From Gammaproteobacteria bacterium (GTDB lineage Bacteria; Pseudomonadota; Gammaproteobacteria; Eutrophobiales; Eutrophobiaceae), in assembly GCA_963422205.2 (NCBI GenBank), contig CAXMWX010000009.1:192001-256000 (forward strand): DNA of 64,000 bases, given 5' to 3'. Made by a program: the position numbers and the translations under genes. The notes beneath the pieces were generated by a model. It saw nothing but the letters and a program-made list of their open reading frames with translations. It was not told where the DNA came from and did no database searches. The stretch's first letter is position 1; each line of letters begins with the position of its first letter. Of this stretch, positions 1-9,808 are shown piece after piece.

Positions 1-1
1 G

Positions 2-703
2 GTGCATTCGATGAAGGATGTCACGGTGGATTTGCCAGCACAGCTGGCCCTGCCCGTGATCATGCGGCGGGAAGACCCGACCGATGTGCTGGTATCGAAC
101 CAGTTCAGCACCTTATCTGCCTTGCCGGAAGGGGCGTGTATCGGCACGTCCAGTTTGCGCCGACAATGCCAGCTCAAGGCCTGGCGTCCTGATCTGCGGT
201 TTGTGGGCATACGCGGCAATATCGCGACCCGGCTGGCGCGGCTGGATGCCGGTGATTATGATGCCCTGATCCTGGCGGCGGCCGGGCTGAAGCGTCTTAA
301 CTTGCAGCACCGTATTCAAGAGCATATCGCCGTGGATGTCCTCCTGCCAGCGGTTGGGCAGGGGGCGCTGGGTATCGAAACCCGGGCGGATGATGAGCAG
401 ACACAGGCACTGATAGCCGTATTACATGACAGCCGGACGGCGACATGCGTGACTGCCGAGCGGGCGTTTAGCCGTTGTCTTTATGGCGGCTGTCATTTGC
501 CCATTGCCGCGTATGCCACCCTTTTGCAGGATAAGCTCATGCTCCGTGGCCTGGTTGGCAGGCCGGATGGTTCGGAGGTGATCCGGCAGACGGCGACTGG
601 CGGACGGGCGGCTGAAAGACTGGGGGCTGTTCTTGGTCGGCGGCTGCTGGAGCAGGGGGCGGATAACATTCTCCAAGGGCTTGGGGTAGATGCAGATCGA
701 TGA
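2..703 (+). CDS. hemC: hydroxymethylbilane synthase (5'-truncated by window edge)
   Basis: VHSMKD, GTSSLRR, IRGNxxTRL, LPAVGQGA and GGCHLPI (cofactor Cys) motifs; followed by hemD-hemX-hemY. Confidence 0.97.
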   Translation: MHSMKDVTVDLPAQLALPVIMRREDPTDVLVSNQFSTLSALPEGACIGTSSLRRQCQLKAWRPDLRFVGIRGNIATRLARLDAGDYDALILAAAGLKRLNLQHRIQEHIAVDVLLPAVGQGALGIETRADDEQTQALIAVLHDSRTATCVTAERAFSRCLYGGCHLPIAAYATLLQDKLMLRGLVGRPDGSEVIRQTATGGRAAERLGAVLGRRLLEQGADNILQGLGVDADR

Positions 704-1499
704 CACTGCGCTTGCTGGCCGCTGCGTACTGGTCACTCGGCCTGAGTCTCAGGCGAGCGGCCTGTGTCAGTTGATTGAGCAATCAGGCGGCCGTGCGATA
801 CGCTTGCCGACCATTGCCATCAGGGCGCGGCAATTATCGGCTGAACAGCACCAGGCGGCACTCAAACAGATTGCTGACAGCGAGCTGATCATCTTCATCA
901 GCCAAACCGCCGTACAGCAGTTTGAGCGGCAGTTTGCCGGACAGCTTGCTGCATTACAGGGCAAGCAGCTTGTGGCCATGGGCGATAGCACCCGAACGCA
1001 TCTGGCCAAGCATCACATCGGCGATGTGCTGTCAGTTGAATCGGGCATGGGCAGCGAGGCGCTGCTGGATTTGCCGCCATTAGCTGCCCATGCCGTAGTG
1101 GCAAAGCGGATTTTGATTGTGAAGGGCGATGGCGGCCGGGCGTTGCTGTACGATAGCCTGCATGAGCGTGGTGCCAGTTTGCACACGCTGGAGTTATACC
1201 GGCGAGATAAACCACAGACAAGCCGCCTGCAATTAACTACAATCTGGAATCACTCAAGGCCCGACAGCATGATTTTTACCAGTGGTGAAGGCATGGCTAA
1301 TTTCCTTGAGATGACCGCGGCGGTTGATCTTGCCGGCCTGTACAGAACACCGGCACTGGTCTTTGGCGGGCGCATCGCCGCCCTGGCACAGGCGGCCGGT
1401 TTTGCCCATGTCAGGCAGGTGGATATGGCCAGTGATGATGCCTTGTTGCGGGCCTTGTATCAATTACACAGGGTAGAGAATTCTAAGGTAGAGAATTAA
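690..1499 (+). CDS. hemD: uroporphyrinogen-III synthase
   Basis: VLVTRP N-terminus, IFIS, SEALL, KGDGGR, LYRR, FTS motifs; overlaps the hemC stop. Confidence 0.93.
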   Translation: MQIDDTALAGRCVLVTRPESQASGLCQLIEQSGGRAIRLPTIAIRARQLSAEQHQAALKQIADSELIIFISQTAVQQFERQFAGQLAALQGKQLVAMGDSTRTHLAKHHIGDVLSVESGMGSEALLDLPPLAAHAVVAKRILIVKGDGGRALLYDSLHERGASLHTLELYRRDKPQTSRLQLTTIWNHSRPDSMIFTSGEGMANFLEMTAAVDLAGLYRTPALVFGGRIAALAQAAGFAHVRQVDMASDDALLRALYQLHRVENSKVEN

Positions 1500-2563
1500 T
1501 GCAGACAGATGTTATCAGCACAGAAGAGGCCAATGTGAAAGGACAAGACAACACGGCTGAAGAGCCGCCCGGCCCCAGGCGCTGGCCGGTGCTTGTGCTG
1601 CTGCTTTTGCTGCTCATCGGGGCCAGCGGTTATTTTTATTTACAGTTGCGATCATCACAGGCCGGTGTCGATGAGCAGTCGGCACAGGTGCGAGCGCCGT
1701 TGTCGAACACCACAGAGCAACTGGCCGGTCTAAAACAGCAAACCGACTCCCTGGCAATGAGTCTACAGGCCATGGATGCACGGCTGGATAAATTGCGCCT
1801 GGATTTTGCCGCCCTGCATCAGCATAACAACAGCGATGCAGGCTGGGCGCTGGCCGAGGTGAGGCATTTGCTGGTGATGGCCTCGCACCGTTTGCTGCTG
1901 GAGAGAGACATCACCGCCGCCCTGCCGGCATTGCAAACCGCCGATCAGCAGTTGCAGCAGCTGCCTGATCCCGCCTTGCTTGCCGTCCGGCAACCGCTTA
2001 TGACCACCATCAACGACTTAATAGCCATCGAGCAGATTGATATACCGGCTTTGAGTCTGTTCTTGGGTGATTTGGCGCATCGCACACACCGCCTGCCGCT
2101 GAACACCATGATCCTGACGGCAAGTGAAACCATCGCCGTGCAGACAGATGAATCGCCGCCGGCATCAGGCTGGTGGGATTTGCCCGGCCTTATCTGGCAG
2201 GAGTTGAAATCGCTGGTGCATGTCAGCCGGGCTGGCGAACAGGCCGTTGCCACGTTACTGCCTGAACAGCGTTATTTTCTGTATCAGAATCTGCGCCTGC
2301 AAGCCGAGTCGGCCCGGCTGGCGGTATTGCTGGGAGATGAGCCTGCCTTCAAAGATGCCGTGCAGTTGATTATTAGCTGGTTACAGCAGTATTTTGATAC
2401 GCAGGATAATGAGGTGCTTGCGGCGCTTGATTCGCTGGAGAGAATGCTGGTGATGGAGCTTGACTATGCAGTGCCTAGCCTCTCTCATGCCATCGCTGCA
2501 CTGGATGCGTATATTGCCAGCCAGTCAGAGCAGCGCCGGTCGATGACAGCAACTGACGAATGA
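1499..2563 (+). CDS. hemX: HemX family protein
   Basis: N-terminal TM helix, coiled coil, WALAEVRHLL..A..RL and LLPEQRYFLYQNLRL motifs; hemCDXY synteny. Confidence 0.9.
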   Translation: MQTDVISTEEANVKGQDNTAEEPPGPRRWPVLVLLLLLLIGASGYFYLQLRSSQAGVDEQSAQVRAPLSNTTEQLAGLKQQTDSLAMSLQAMDARLDKLRLDFAALHQHNNSDAGWALAEVRHLLVMASHRLLLERDITAALPALQTADQQLQQLPDPALLAVRQPLMTTINDLIAIEQIDIPALSLFLGDLAHRTHRLPLNTMILTASETIAVQTDESPPASGWWDLPGLIWQELKSLVHVSRAGEQAVATLLPEQRYFLYQNLRLQAESARLAVLLGDEPAFKDAVQLIISWLQQYFDTQDNEVLAALDSLERMLVMELDYAVPSLSHAIAALDAYIASQSEQRRSMTATDE

Positions 2564-3828
2564 AATTTCTGTTAATCGTACTCGCCGGGCTGCTCATTGC
2601 GCTGCTGCTGGGCAATACCTTCGCTGCCGATCCTGGCCATATCGTCTTTACCTGGGGTGAGTGGCTGATTCAAACCAGTCTGGGGGTGTTTGTCTTTGCC
2701 TTCGTGTCGTTGCTGCTGGTTTGCAGCTATCTCTTTATCTTTGTCGGTCGCCTGTTGGCCTTGCCCCGGCGGTATGCCCGCTGGCGTGAATACAAAAATC
2801 ACAGACAGGCTGAACACTACCTGAGTAACGGCATGTTATCCATGCTGGAGGGCAACTGGTGGCAGGCCGAGGTGGCGTTTCGCAAAGCGGCGCGCTACAG
2901 CAAAAAACCGGTAGCGAATTATCTGGGGGCGGCACGTGCAGCACAGTTGCAAGGGCAGATCGAACGGCGTGATCATTATCTTCGTATGGCACAGGCGGGG
3001 GATGATAATCCCCCCTTGGCCGTGGCCTTGACCCAGGCTGAATTGCAGCTGGGTCAGAAACAGTACCGGGAGGCCCACGCTACCTTAAAAAAACTCAGCA
3101 CGGCAAGCCCTCGGCATGAACAGGTCAAGTTGTTATTGTTGGATGCGACCACGGCATTAAAACACTGGCAACAGGCGGTTGAACTGCTGCAACAGTTCGG
3201 CGGCAGAAGCCTGTTATCTGCTGATGAGATAAAGGCCCGGCAGGTGGCCGCCTATGTCGGCCTGCTACAGGAAACCGGAATGCAGCATGGCCGGGAAGGA
3301 TTACAGCAGCTTTGGCAGGCCATCCCGGCCCGGCTGCGACAGGACAGCTATCTGCTGGCAAGCTATGTGCAGGAGCGTCTGCGCTTTGGTGAGACGCTGG
3401 ACTGTGAAGCCATGCTGCACAAAGCGATTAAAAAGCACTGGGAGCCGGAATTGGTCCGGCTGTTCGGTCTGGTGAATGGCAAAAATCCCGGTGCCCAGCT
3501 TGCCTCCATGGAAAAATTTCTCACACCGCACCCGCAGGATGCCGTGCTGCTGTTAAGCCTGGGGCGCTTGAGCGGGAAAAATAATCTGTGGGGCAAGGCC
3601 AGGGCATATCTGGAGCAGAGCATTGCTGCACAACCCAATCCGGAGGCCTATCAGGAACTTGCCGACCTACTGCAACGCCAGGGGGATGCAGCCGCCGCCC
3701 AATACTACCAGGCGGGGCTGGCTGTCGCTACACAACTGTCAAATCAGCCGGACAGCACCGCCATCGCCCCTCTGGCAGAGGAGGCGGCTGTTGCGGGCGG
3801 CGAGGTTGAAGGTAACTCAAAAGCCTAG
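2560..3828 (+). CDS. hemY: HemY (E. coli type, TPR-containing membrane protein)
   Basis: DPGHIV..W.IQTS, EGNW..AE, LWGKARAYLE motifs; operon position. Confidence 0.92.
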   Translation: MKFLLIVLAGLLIALLLGNTFAADPGHIVFTWGEWLIQTSLGVFVFAFVSLLLVCSYLFIFVGRLLALPRRYARWREYKNHRQAEHYLSNGMLSMLEGNWWQAEVAFRKAARYSKKPVANYLGAARAAQLQGQIERRDHYLRMAQAGDDNPPLAVALTQAELQLGQKQYREAHATLKKLSTASPRHEQVKLLLLDATTALKHWQQAVELLQQFGGRSLLSADEIKARQVAAYVGLLQETGMQHGREGLQQLWQAIPARLRQDSYLLASYVQERLRFGETLDCEAMLHKAIKKHWEPELVRLFGLVNGKNPGAQLASMEKFLTPHPQDAVLLLSLGRLSGKNNLWGKARAYLEQSIAAQPNPEAYQELADLLQRQGDAAAAQYYQAGLAVATQLSNQPDSTAIAPLAEEAAVAGGEVEGNSKA

Positions 3829-4493
3829 CCAGGCATACTGCGGCTGCTCTTCAGCCAGCGCAGCAGAGGCTCCCACTGCTCTCTGTCATACAGGGTCTTT
3901 GAGGGGGAAAATTCAAATATCGTGATCCCCCTCTCTGCCGCTTTGATATAGTTCTGGCTTGCCCGCAGCAGGGTGATAAAGGGGAGTTTTTGTCCGCCCG
4001 GCAGCGTGATATCGTGCAGATAGTTCTCCAGCTTTGCGGCGGCAATCGTATCTTCACGCACACGATTGGCGACCGTGGCCAGCTTGATTTTTTTATTGAT
4101 CAGCCTTCTATGTCCATATAATTCAGCGATGAAGTGTTCAGCCGCACGTATGTCCAGCGGCGAGGCCATCATCGGAATAACAGCCGTTTCCGCCAGCTTG
4201 ACGTAATTGGCGAGCCTTCCCCCGCGCACCGAGGCGGGCGTGTCAATCACCAGCATGTCGGGCCTTGCCTTGCCCTGGCCCTGAATCTGAATTTTATCGC
4301 CGCTGATCCTGACGGGGCGGATGAGCGGTACATCGGCTGGCCGTGCCGCCAGCCAGTCATTGCAGGATGATTGCGGGTCGCAGTCGGCCAGGGCGACTTT
4401 CTTGCCCTGTGTCGCAAAATAGCCGGCGATATTCATGGCGAGTGTGCTTTTGCCACACCCCCCCTTGGCGTTGAGAATCAGGATGGAGCGCAT
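3825..4493 (-). CDS. orphan ParA/MinD-family ATPase
   Basis: deviant Walker A KGGCGKST, DCDPQ, IDTP; 222 aa; no partner gene adjacent. Confidence 0.88.
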   Translation of the reverse strand: MRSILILNAKGGCGKSTLAMNIAGYFATQGKKVALADCDPQSSCNDWLAARPADVPLIRPVRISGDKIQIQGQGKARPDMLVIDTPASVRGGRLANYVKLAETAVIPMMASPLDIRAAEHFIAELYGHRRLINKKIKLATVANRVREDTIAAAKLENYLHDITLPGGQKLPFITLLRASQNYIKAAERGITIFEFSPSKTLYDREQWEPLLRWLKSSRSMPG

Positions 4494-4602
4494 GGTGTCT
4501 CCTTAAATCATGGTTCTGTTCTATGGTGACTGTCTTAATACTGGTACGCTGGCGGGTTTGTCAACTCCAATTCCAGAAATCGCCGTTATTGCATTGCACA
4601 AT

Positions 4603-5487
4603 TTAACCGCCTGCTGCTGTGCGTTGTTCCGCCACCAGCCCTTTGATAAGGGGATCCATGATCAACTGAATGGATAAATCCGTTTTGCCGGCGGGTACGA
4701 CAATCGTGTACGGCGTGGACATGAACGAGCCGTTGATCATCTTCAGCAGATAAAGAAAATCGATGTGGCATTTCTGCCGGTTGCGGATATGGATGACGGT
4801 AAAGCTCTCATCATTGGTCGGGATCTGCACCGCACCGAAGGGGTTGGCGGTATCAACAGTCGGCACCCGCTGAAAATTGATGTCGGTGCGGGAGAACTGC
4901 GGCGTGATGTAGTGGACGTAATCGTGCATGCGCTCAAGGATCATATTGGTGGCATCTTCGGCGCTGTAGCCACGCACGTCTTTGTCTCGGTAGATCTTCT
5001 GTATCCATTCCAGGTTGATGATCGGGGTCACGCCGATCAGCAGGTCGGCATACTGATGAATGTCGTGCTCTGCTGTCACCAGGCCGCCGTGCAGCCCCTC
5101 ATAAAATAACAAATCCGTGGGCACCGGCAGACTCTGCCAGGGCGTCAGGGTTCCGGGCGGGTGGCCGTAGGCTGCCGCCTCGGCATCATTGTGGATATAA
5201 TGTCGCCGCCTGCCGGTACCGCTTTCACCATAGCCCCTGAACAGCGCCTCCAGCTCGCTGAACAGATTGCCCTCCGGGCCGAAATGCGTCACGCTCCTCC
5301 CCTCCCGGGCAGCGGCCGCAACCACTTTGTCCATCTGCTCACGATCATGGCGGTGAAAGCTGTCGCCCTGGATCAGTGCGGCGGTCAAGCCCTGGCGGCG
5401 AAAGATGTGTTCAAAGGCCACGGTGACGCTGCTGGTGCCGGCCCCTGATGAGCCGGTGACGGCAATGATTGGGTGTCTGGTTGACAT
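4603..5487 (-). CDS. prkB: phosphoribulokinase (proteobacterial type)
   Basis: IAVTGSSGAGT, GDSFHR, LFYEGLHG, PIINLEWIQK, YITPQFSRTDINFQRVPTVD; start set at ATG 5487 (MSTRHP). Confidence 0.95.
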   Translation of the reverse strand: MSTRHPIIAVTGSSGAGTSSVTVAFEHIFRRQGLTAALIQGDSFHRHDREQMDKVVAAAAREGRSVTHFGPEGNLFSELEALFRGYGESGTGRRRHYIHNDAEAAAYGHPPGTLTPWQSLPVPTDLLFYEGLHGGLVTAEHDIHQYADLLIGVTPIINLEWIQKIYRDKDVRGYSAEDATNMILERMHDYVHYITPQFSRTDINFQRVPTVDTANPFGAVQIPTNDESFTVIHIRNRQKCHIDFLYLLKMINGSFMSTPYTIVVPAGKTDLSIQLIMDPLIKGLVAEQRTAAGG

Positions 5488-5658
5488 GCTTGATGCGTAA
5501 ATCCTGAAGGCGGCTTGTGCTGGGGCACCCGTTAAGTCACTAATGCACCAAGTATCGCACAATTAGCGGGCATAATCAGCCGGCCAGCCGGCATGGGTTT
5601 GAGATTTTGATATTGTATACTTTTAAGTTGCCTAACCGGAGCGAAAGTCCGTCTGAAT

Positions 5659-7425
5659 ATGTCAGCATCACCAGAGAGAAATGACCTTGTTCTGTATTTA
5701 CGGTTATTGTCTTATGTCAAAGTGTATTGGCACGGGTTTTGTGTTGCCATCATTGCCATGGTCGTGCTGGCCTTTATCACACCGGCCATCGCCGCCCTGT
5801 TTAAATACATCACCGCAGGCGTATTCATCCAGCAGGAAACCGAACTTGTTCGTTTGATCATTTTGCCCGTGCTGGTGTTATTTGCGGTTGCCAGTATCGC
5901 CTCCTATGTCAGCGAGTTTGCCATGTTCTGGGTAGCGAACAGGGTCATTATGGACTTGCGTATTGCCATGTTTGAGCGGCTGCTCATGCTGCCATGTGCC
6001 CGCCTGGATGCCGTCAACCCGGGCACGCTGACGGCCAAGTTCACCTTTGATGTTTTGCAATTAAAAGAGGCGGCAACCACCGCCCTGACGACAGCCGTAA
6101 AAGATACTTTAAGCATTGTCGGTCTCCTGGCCTGGATGTTGTATCTTGATCCGGCGATGACCCTGGTGGTGATACTGGCCGGCCCGTTTATCTCCATGGT
6201 GTTAATGATCATCAGAAAACGCCTGCGTAAAATGGGGCGAGAGGTGCAGGAATCCATGGGCGATATACACCACATACTGGATGAGTCCATCAGCGCCCAT
6301 CGCATCATCAAGATCTATGGTGGCCAGCCACAGGCACTGAAACGCTTCACCCGCCAGGCCAATAAAAACCGCTTGCAAAACATGAAATTCAGCATCGCTG
6401 CTGCGGCCAGCTCGCCTGTTATACAGATCATCACCGCCTTTGCGCTGGCGGCGATCATCACCCTTGCCGCCGCCAGTGCGGCCAGCGGCGAGATGCAGGT
6501 TGATGAGTTCAATTCCTTTTTTGCCGCCTTGCTGATGATCTTAAGCCCAATCAAACGCTTATCCCGCATTAACGAACACATCCAGCGTGGTCTGGCGGCC
6601 TGTGAGAGCGTCTTTGGTTTTATCGATCAGCCGGCAGAGAAAGACGAACCAAAGATACGCCCTGTGGAGGTTGGCGGGCATTTGCAGTGCCGAGGGCTTG
6701 GCTTTCGTTATGCCGACAGCAAGGCACCGGTTCTGGAGGATATCTCTATCACGATTAAGCCGGGCATGACAGTGGCGCTGGTAGGGCACTCTGGCAGCGG
6801 GAAAAGCACGCTGGTGAATCTGCTCCCGCGTTTGTATGATTATGCCACAGGGGAGATCCTGCTGGATGGAAGCGACATCCGTTCTCTGCCTTTACGTCAG
6901 TTGCGTAGTGCCATTGCCTATGTCAGCCAGGATATTATTCTGTTTAATGATACGGTCAGAAACAATATTGCCTATGGTGCTACGGCTGATGCTACCGAGG
7001 CCATGATTATCAAGGCGGCCGAGAAGGCCAATGCGTTGCCGTTTATCCAGGCCCTGCCGCAGGGCTTTGATACGCTGGTGGGTAACCGCGGCGCACGTCT
7101 GTCCGGCGGTCAGCAACAGCGGATTGCGCTGGCGAGAGCATTTCTAAAAGATGCCCCGCTGCTGATTCTGGATGAGGCCACCTCAGCACTGGACACAGAA
7201 TCTGAGTGCCTGATTCGAAAGGCCATGGAGGCGATCAAAAAAGATCGCACCTGTCTAATTGTTGCCCATCGTTTGTCGACTATTGAATCGGCTGATCATA
7301 TCTTTGTGTTGGCCGATGGCCGTCTCGTTGATCAGGGCAGGCACAGCGATTTAATCAGCAGGGGCGGTGTGTATGCACGCCTGCATCAGTCAATACACGA
7401 GAAACAAAACGCAACCAGCGCTTAA
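5659..7425 (+). CDS. msbA: lipid A/LPS flippase ABC transporter
   Basis: TM domain plus NBD (GHSGSGKST, LSGGQQQR, LILDEATSALD); YLRLLSYVK N-terminus. Confidence 0.85.
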   Translation: MSASPERNDLVLYLRLLSYVKVYWHGFCVAIIAMVVLAFITPAIAALFKYITAGVFIQQETELVRLIILPVLVLFAVASIASYVSEFAMFWVANRVIMDLRIAMFERLLMLPCARLDAVNPGTLTAKFTFDVLQLKEAATTALTTAVKDTLSIVGLLAWMLYLDPAMTLVVILAGPFISMVLMIIRKRLRKMGREVQESMGDIHHILDESISAHRIIKIYGGQPQALKRFTRQANKNRLQNMKFSIAAAASSPVIQIITAFALAAIITLAAASAASGEMQVDEFNSFFAALLMILSPIKRLSRINEHIQRGLAACESVFGFIDQPAEKDEPKIRPVEVGGHLQCRGLGFRYADSKAPVLEDISITIKPGMTVALVGHSGSGKSTLVNLLPRLYDYATGEILLDGSDIRSLPLRQLRSAIAYVSQDIILFNDTVRNNIAYGATADATEAMIIKAAEKANALPFIQALPQGFDTLVGNRGARLSGGQQQRIALARAFLKDAPLLILDEATSALDTESECLIRKAMEAIKKDRTCLIVAHRLSTIESADHIFVLADGRLVDQGRHSDLISRGGVYARLHQSIHEKQNATSA

Positions 7426-7540
7426 ATGATACACTTCGGGCTAACGCATAATTTACAATACTTTACTTGATTTTTAATAATAGCCTAACGATGCGGGCGT
7501 ATGATGTCGCTGAACAATAATAAAAAGGCGTGAAACCACC

Positions 7541-8725
7541 GTGATGAATCCAGGGCTTGCTCATCTTAGTTTTTTGCTTGTTGATGATGATGTGTCGTCT
7601 TATTTGCTCACGGAGAGGTTGTTGCAAAGGATAGGCATCACCGAAATCATCGCTGCCGTTAATGGCAAGGACGCCATAGAAAAGCTGATCCATGCCAGTC
7701 GTCCCTTTGATGTGATCATTTGCGATCTGAACATGCCGGTCATGGACGGGATCCAGTTTCTACGGCATCTGGCCGTGATAAAATACGCAGGCACCATCAT
7801 CTTCCTGAGTGGTGAGGATGAGCGCATATTATCCTCCGCCTGCCAGTTAGCAGAGGCACATAAGTTAAAAATCCTCACCGCCATCTCAAAGCCGGTCTCA
7901 AAAGCACAGCTACTGGATCGGCTGGCCGAGCTCAAACAGCAGGCGGATGGCCGGCTGGGGATGGCGGCAGTGCCGATCGATAAAGATGAGTTAATTACCG
8001 GACTAAAGCAAGATGCGCTGGAATTTGTCTTGCAGCCAAAGGTTGAGATCAGCTCCGGGAAGACCACCGGGGCAGAGGTGCTGGCACGCTGGAATCATTC
8101 AAGCCGCGGCTTGCTGGAGCCTGGCTCGTTTATTCCCCTGGCGGAGGAGATCGGCGCCATCAATGAATTGACCCGGCTGATCTACCGGAAGGCGATTGAG
8201 CAGGTCAAGCAATGGCAGCAGAAGAACATCGATATGAAGGTGTCTGTCAATATTCCCATGCACTCGCTGGAAGAGTTGTCATTTTTTGATTTTATTATTG
8301 CCTCGATAGAGGCCGAACACATTGATCCCCGTGTGTTGATCCTGGAAGTGACCGAGACACAGATCATGCAGAACGTAGCCAGCGCCCTGGAGACCCTGAC
8401 CCGTCTGGGTATGAGGAAGCTGGGTTTGTCCATTGATGATTTCGGTACCGGCTACTCCTCGATGGAGCAATTAAAGCAGATTCCGTTTACGGAACTAAAG
8501 GTCGATCGGGCCTTTGTCTTCGGTGCTGACAAGGATACGGCCATGCAGGCTATTTTGGAGTCCAGCATTGATCTGGCGCACAAGTTAAACCTGGAGATCG
8601 TCGCCGAAGGCGTGGAGACACAGGCCGAGTGTGAGTTGTTATCGGAGTTAGGCTGTGATTGCGCGCAGGGCTATTATTATGCCAAGCCGATGAGCAGCGA
8701 TGAGTTTGAAGCCTGGTTAAGGTAG
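7541..8725 (+). CDS. response regulator, REC + EAL c-di-GMP phosphodiesterase
   Basis: LVDDD, CDLNMPVMDG, KP receiver motifs; QPK, EVLARW, DDFGTGYSS, EGVE, QGYY EAL motifs all intact. Confidence 0.93.
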   Translation: MMNPGLAHLSFLLVDDDVSSYLLTERLLQRIGITEIIAAVNGKDAIEKLIHASRPFDVIICDLNMPVMDGIQFLRHLAVIKYAGTIIFLSGEDERILSSACQLAEAHKLKILTAISKPVSKAQLLDRLAELKQQADGRLGMAAVPIDKDELITGLKQDALEFVLQPKVEISSGKTTGAEVLARWNHSSRGLLEPGSFIPLAEEIGAINELTRLIYRKAIEQVKQWQQKNIDMKVSVNIPMHSLEELSFFDFIIASIEAEHIDPRVLILEVTETQIMQNVASALETLTRLGMRKLGLSIDDFGTGYSSMEQLKQIPFTELKVDRAFVFGADKDTAMQAILESSIDLAHKLNLEIVAEGVETQAECELLSELGCDCAQGYYYAKPMSSDEFEAWLR

Positions 8726-9121
8726 TCAGGTCAGGCAAGTTTCAGGCAAATCTCCGCCGGGCGGGTTGGCCATAAAAAGCCGGCATCTCTCCATGGGGGA
8801 TGAGGAGAATGTCTGTGCTGGTGATAAGCTCATACCCACCCCCGTGGCCTTGCCCTGCCAGTGAACCGAGGTTCTGATATACTGCCCCCCAGTCAATTCT
8901 GATGCCGCCCCCCCGTATCTGATTCCTTGTTTAAGCTGGTCGTGTCGAAGTTTGGTTGTATCGGTGTGGCCCCTTTGCTTGATCTATACTCAATGAGTGT
9001 GCTGACCGGCAGAGGACCTGGAGGCAAGAGCGTTTACCAGTGGCGCGAAACTTGCCCCGGATTCCTGTCAGGCGATCGTTGAGTCGTTGCTTGCTTATCG
9101 GCAAGGATAAAAGAATACAAC

Positions 9122-9702
9122 ATGACGGACATGACCCCGACCAACCGGGGCTATCTTATCCTGCCCTTTGATCCGATGTTAGGTGTGCGCCGGGAATTTA
9201 TCGATCCTGCTGAAATGAGCTTGTTCAATGCTGACATCATTGAGGTGCTGGCAGCCCCGGTGCAGTACACTACATACAAGGGCTGCTGGATGGCGTTATT
9301 GCGGCACTGCCGAAGATCGTTGCCGATGCCGGGACTGTCGTGGCGGCGGCAGAGTTCAGCAATCCTTACGCTGCCGCCAAAGCCCTGGCTGCACTCACGC
9401 TGTTCGAGACGGTCGCCAGGCCCACCACCCGGACCTGTTTTATGGTGCAGGAGTCGGCGCGGTATATTCCGCTTGCCGCTGCCGGCCATGGAGTTTTGTG
9501 CATGGCAGCGGGGCTGGCCGTGCCGCCCGTGAAATGGAAAAGGCTGGCGATACGGTGTATCGTCGCTCTCAACCGCCCGATGGCCAGCCTCGTCGTAACA
9601 AAAAACTGCTGGACAAACCCGTATTCGAATAGGCTGGCCAGCAAATTCACCAGAATATCTGCCCAGAAGTATTCGCCCCAGGAATATCTTCATCAGAAAT
9701 AG
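9122..9702 (+). pseudogene. possible degraded ORF of unknown function (protein-like sequence spread over three frames)
   Basis: AAGGA RBS-like sequence before ATG 9122; protein-like text shifts frame near 9280 (TTYKG / LLDGVIAALPKIVADAGTVVAAAEFSNPY); family not recognised. Confidence 0.25.
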
Positions 9703-9722
9703 CTGCTCAGGAAATGACCGCT
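9639..9722. repeat. degenerate tandem repeat, about 12-15 bp unit, about 6 copies
   Basis: CAG(G)AA.. units start at 9639, 9651, 9664, 9679, 9694, 9708. Confidence 0.5.
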
Positions 9723-9808
9723 GGCATGACTTTCTGCACCTTAGATGCCAGCAGCAGACCAATATGCCATAATGACCAGGCGGGCATCGGTGATGCAGGG
9801 ATAAACTT

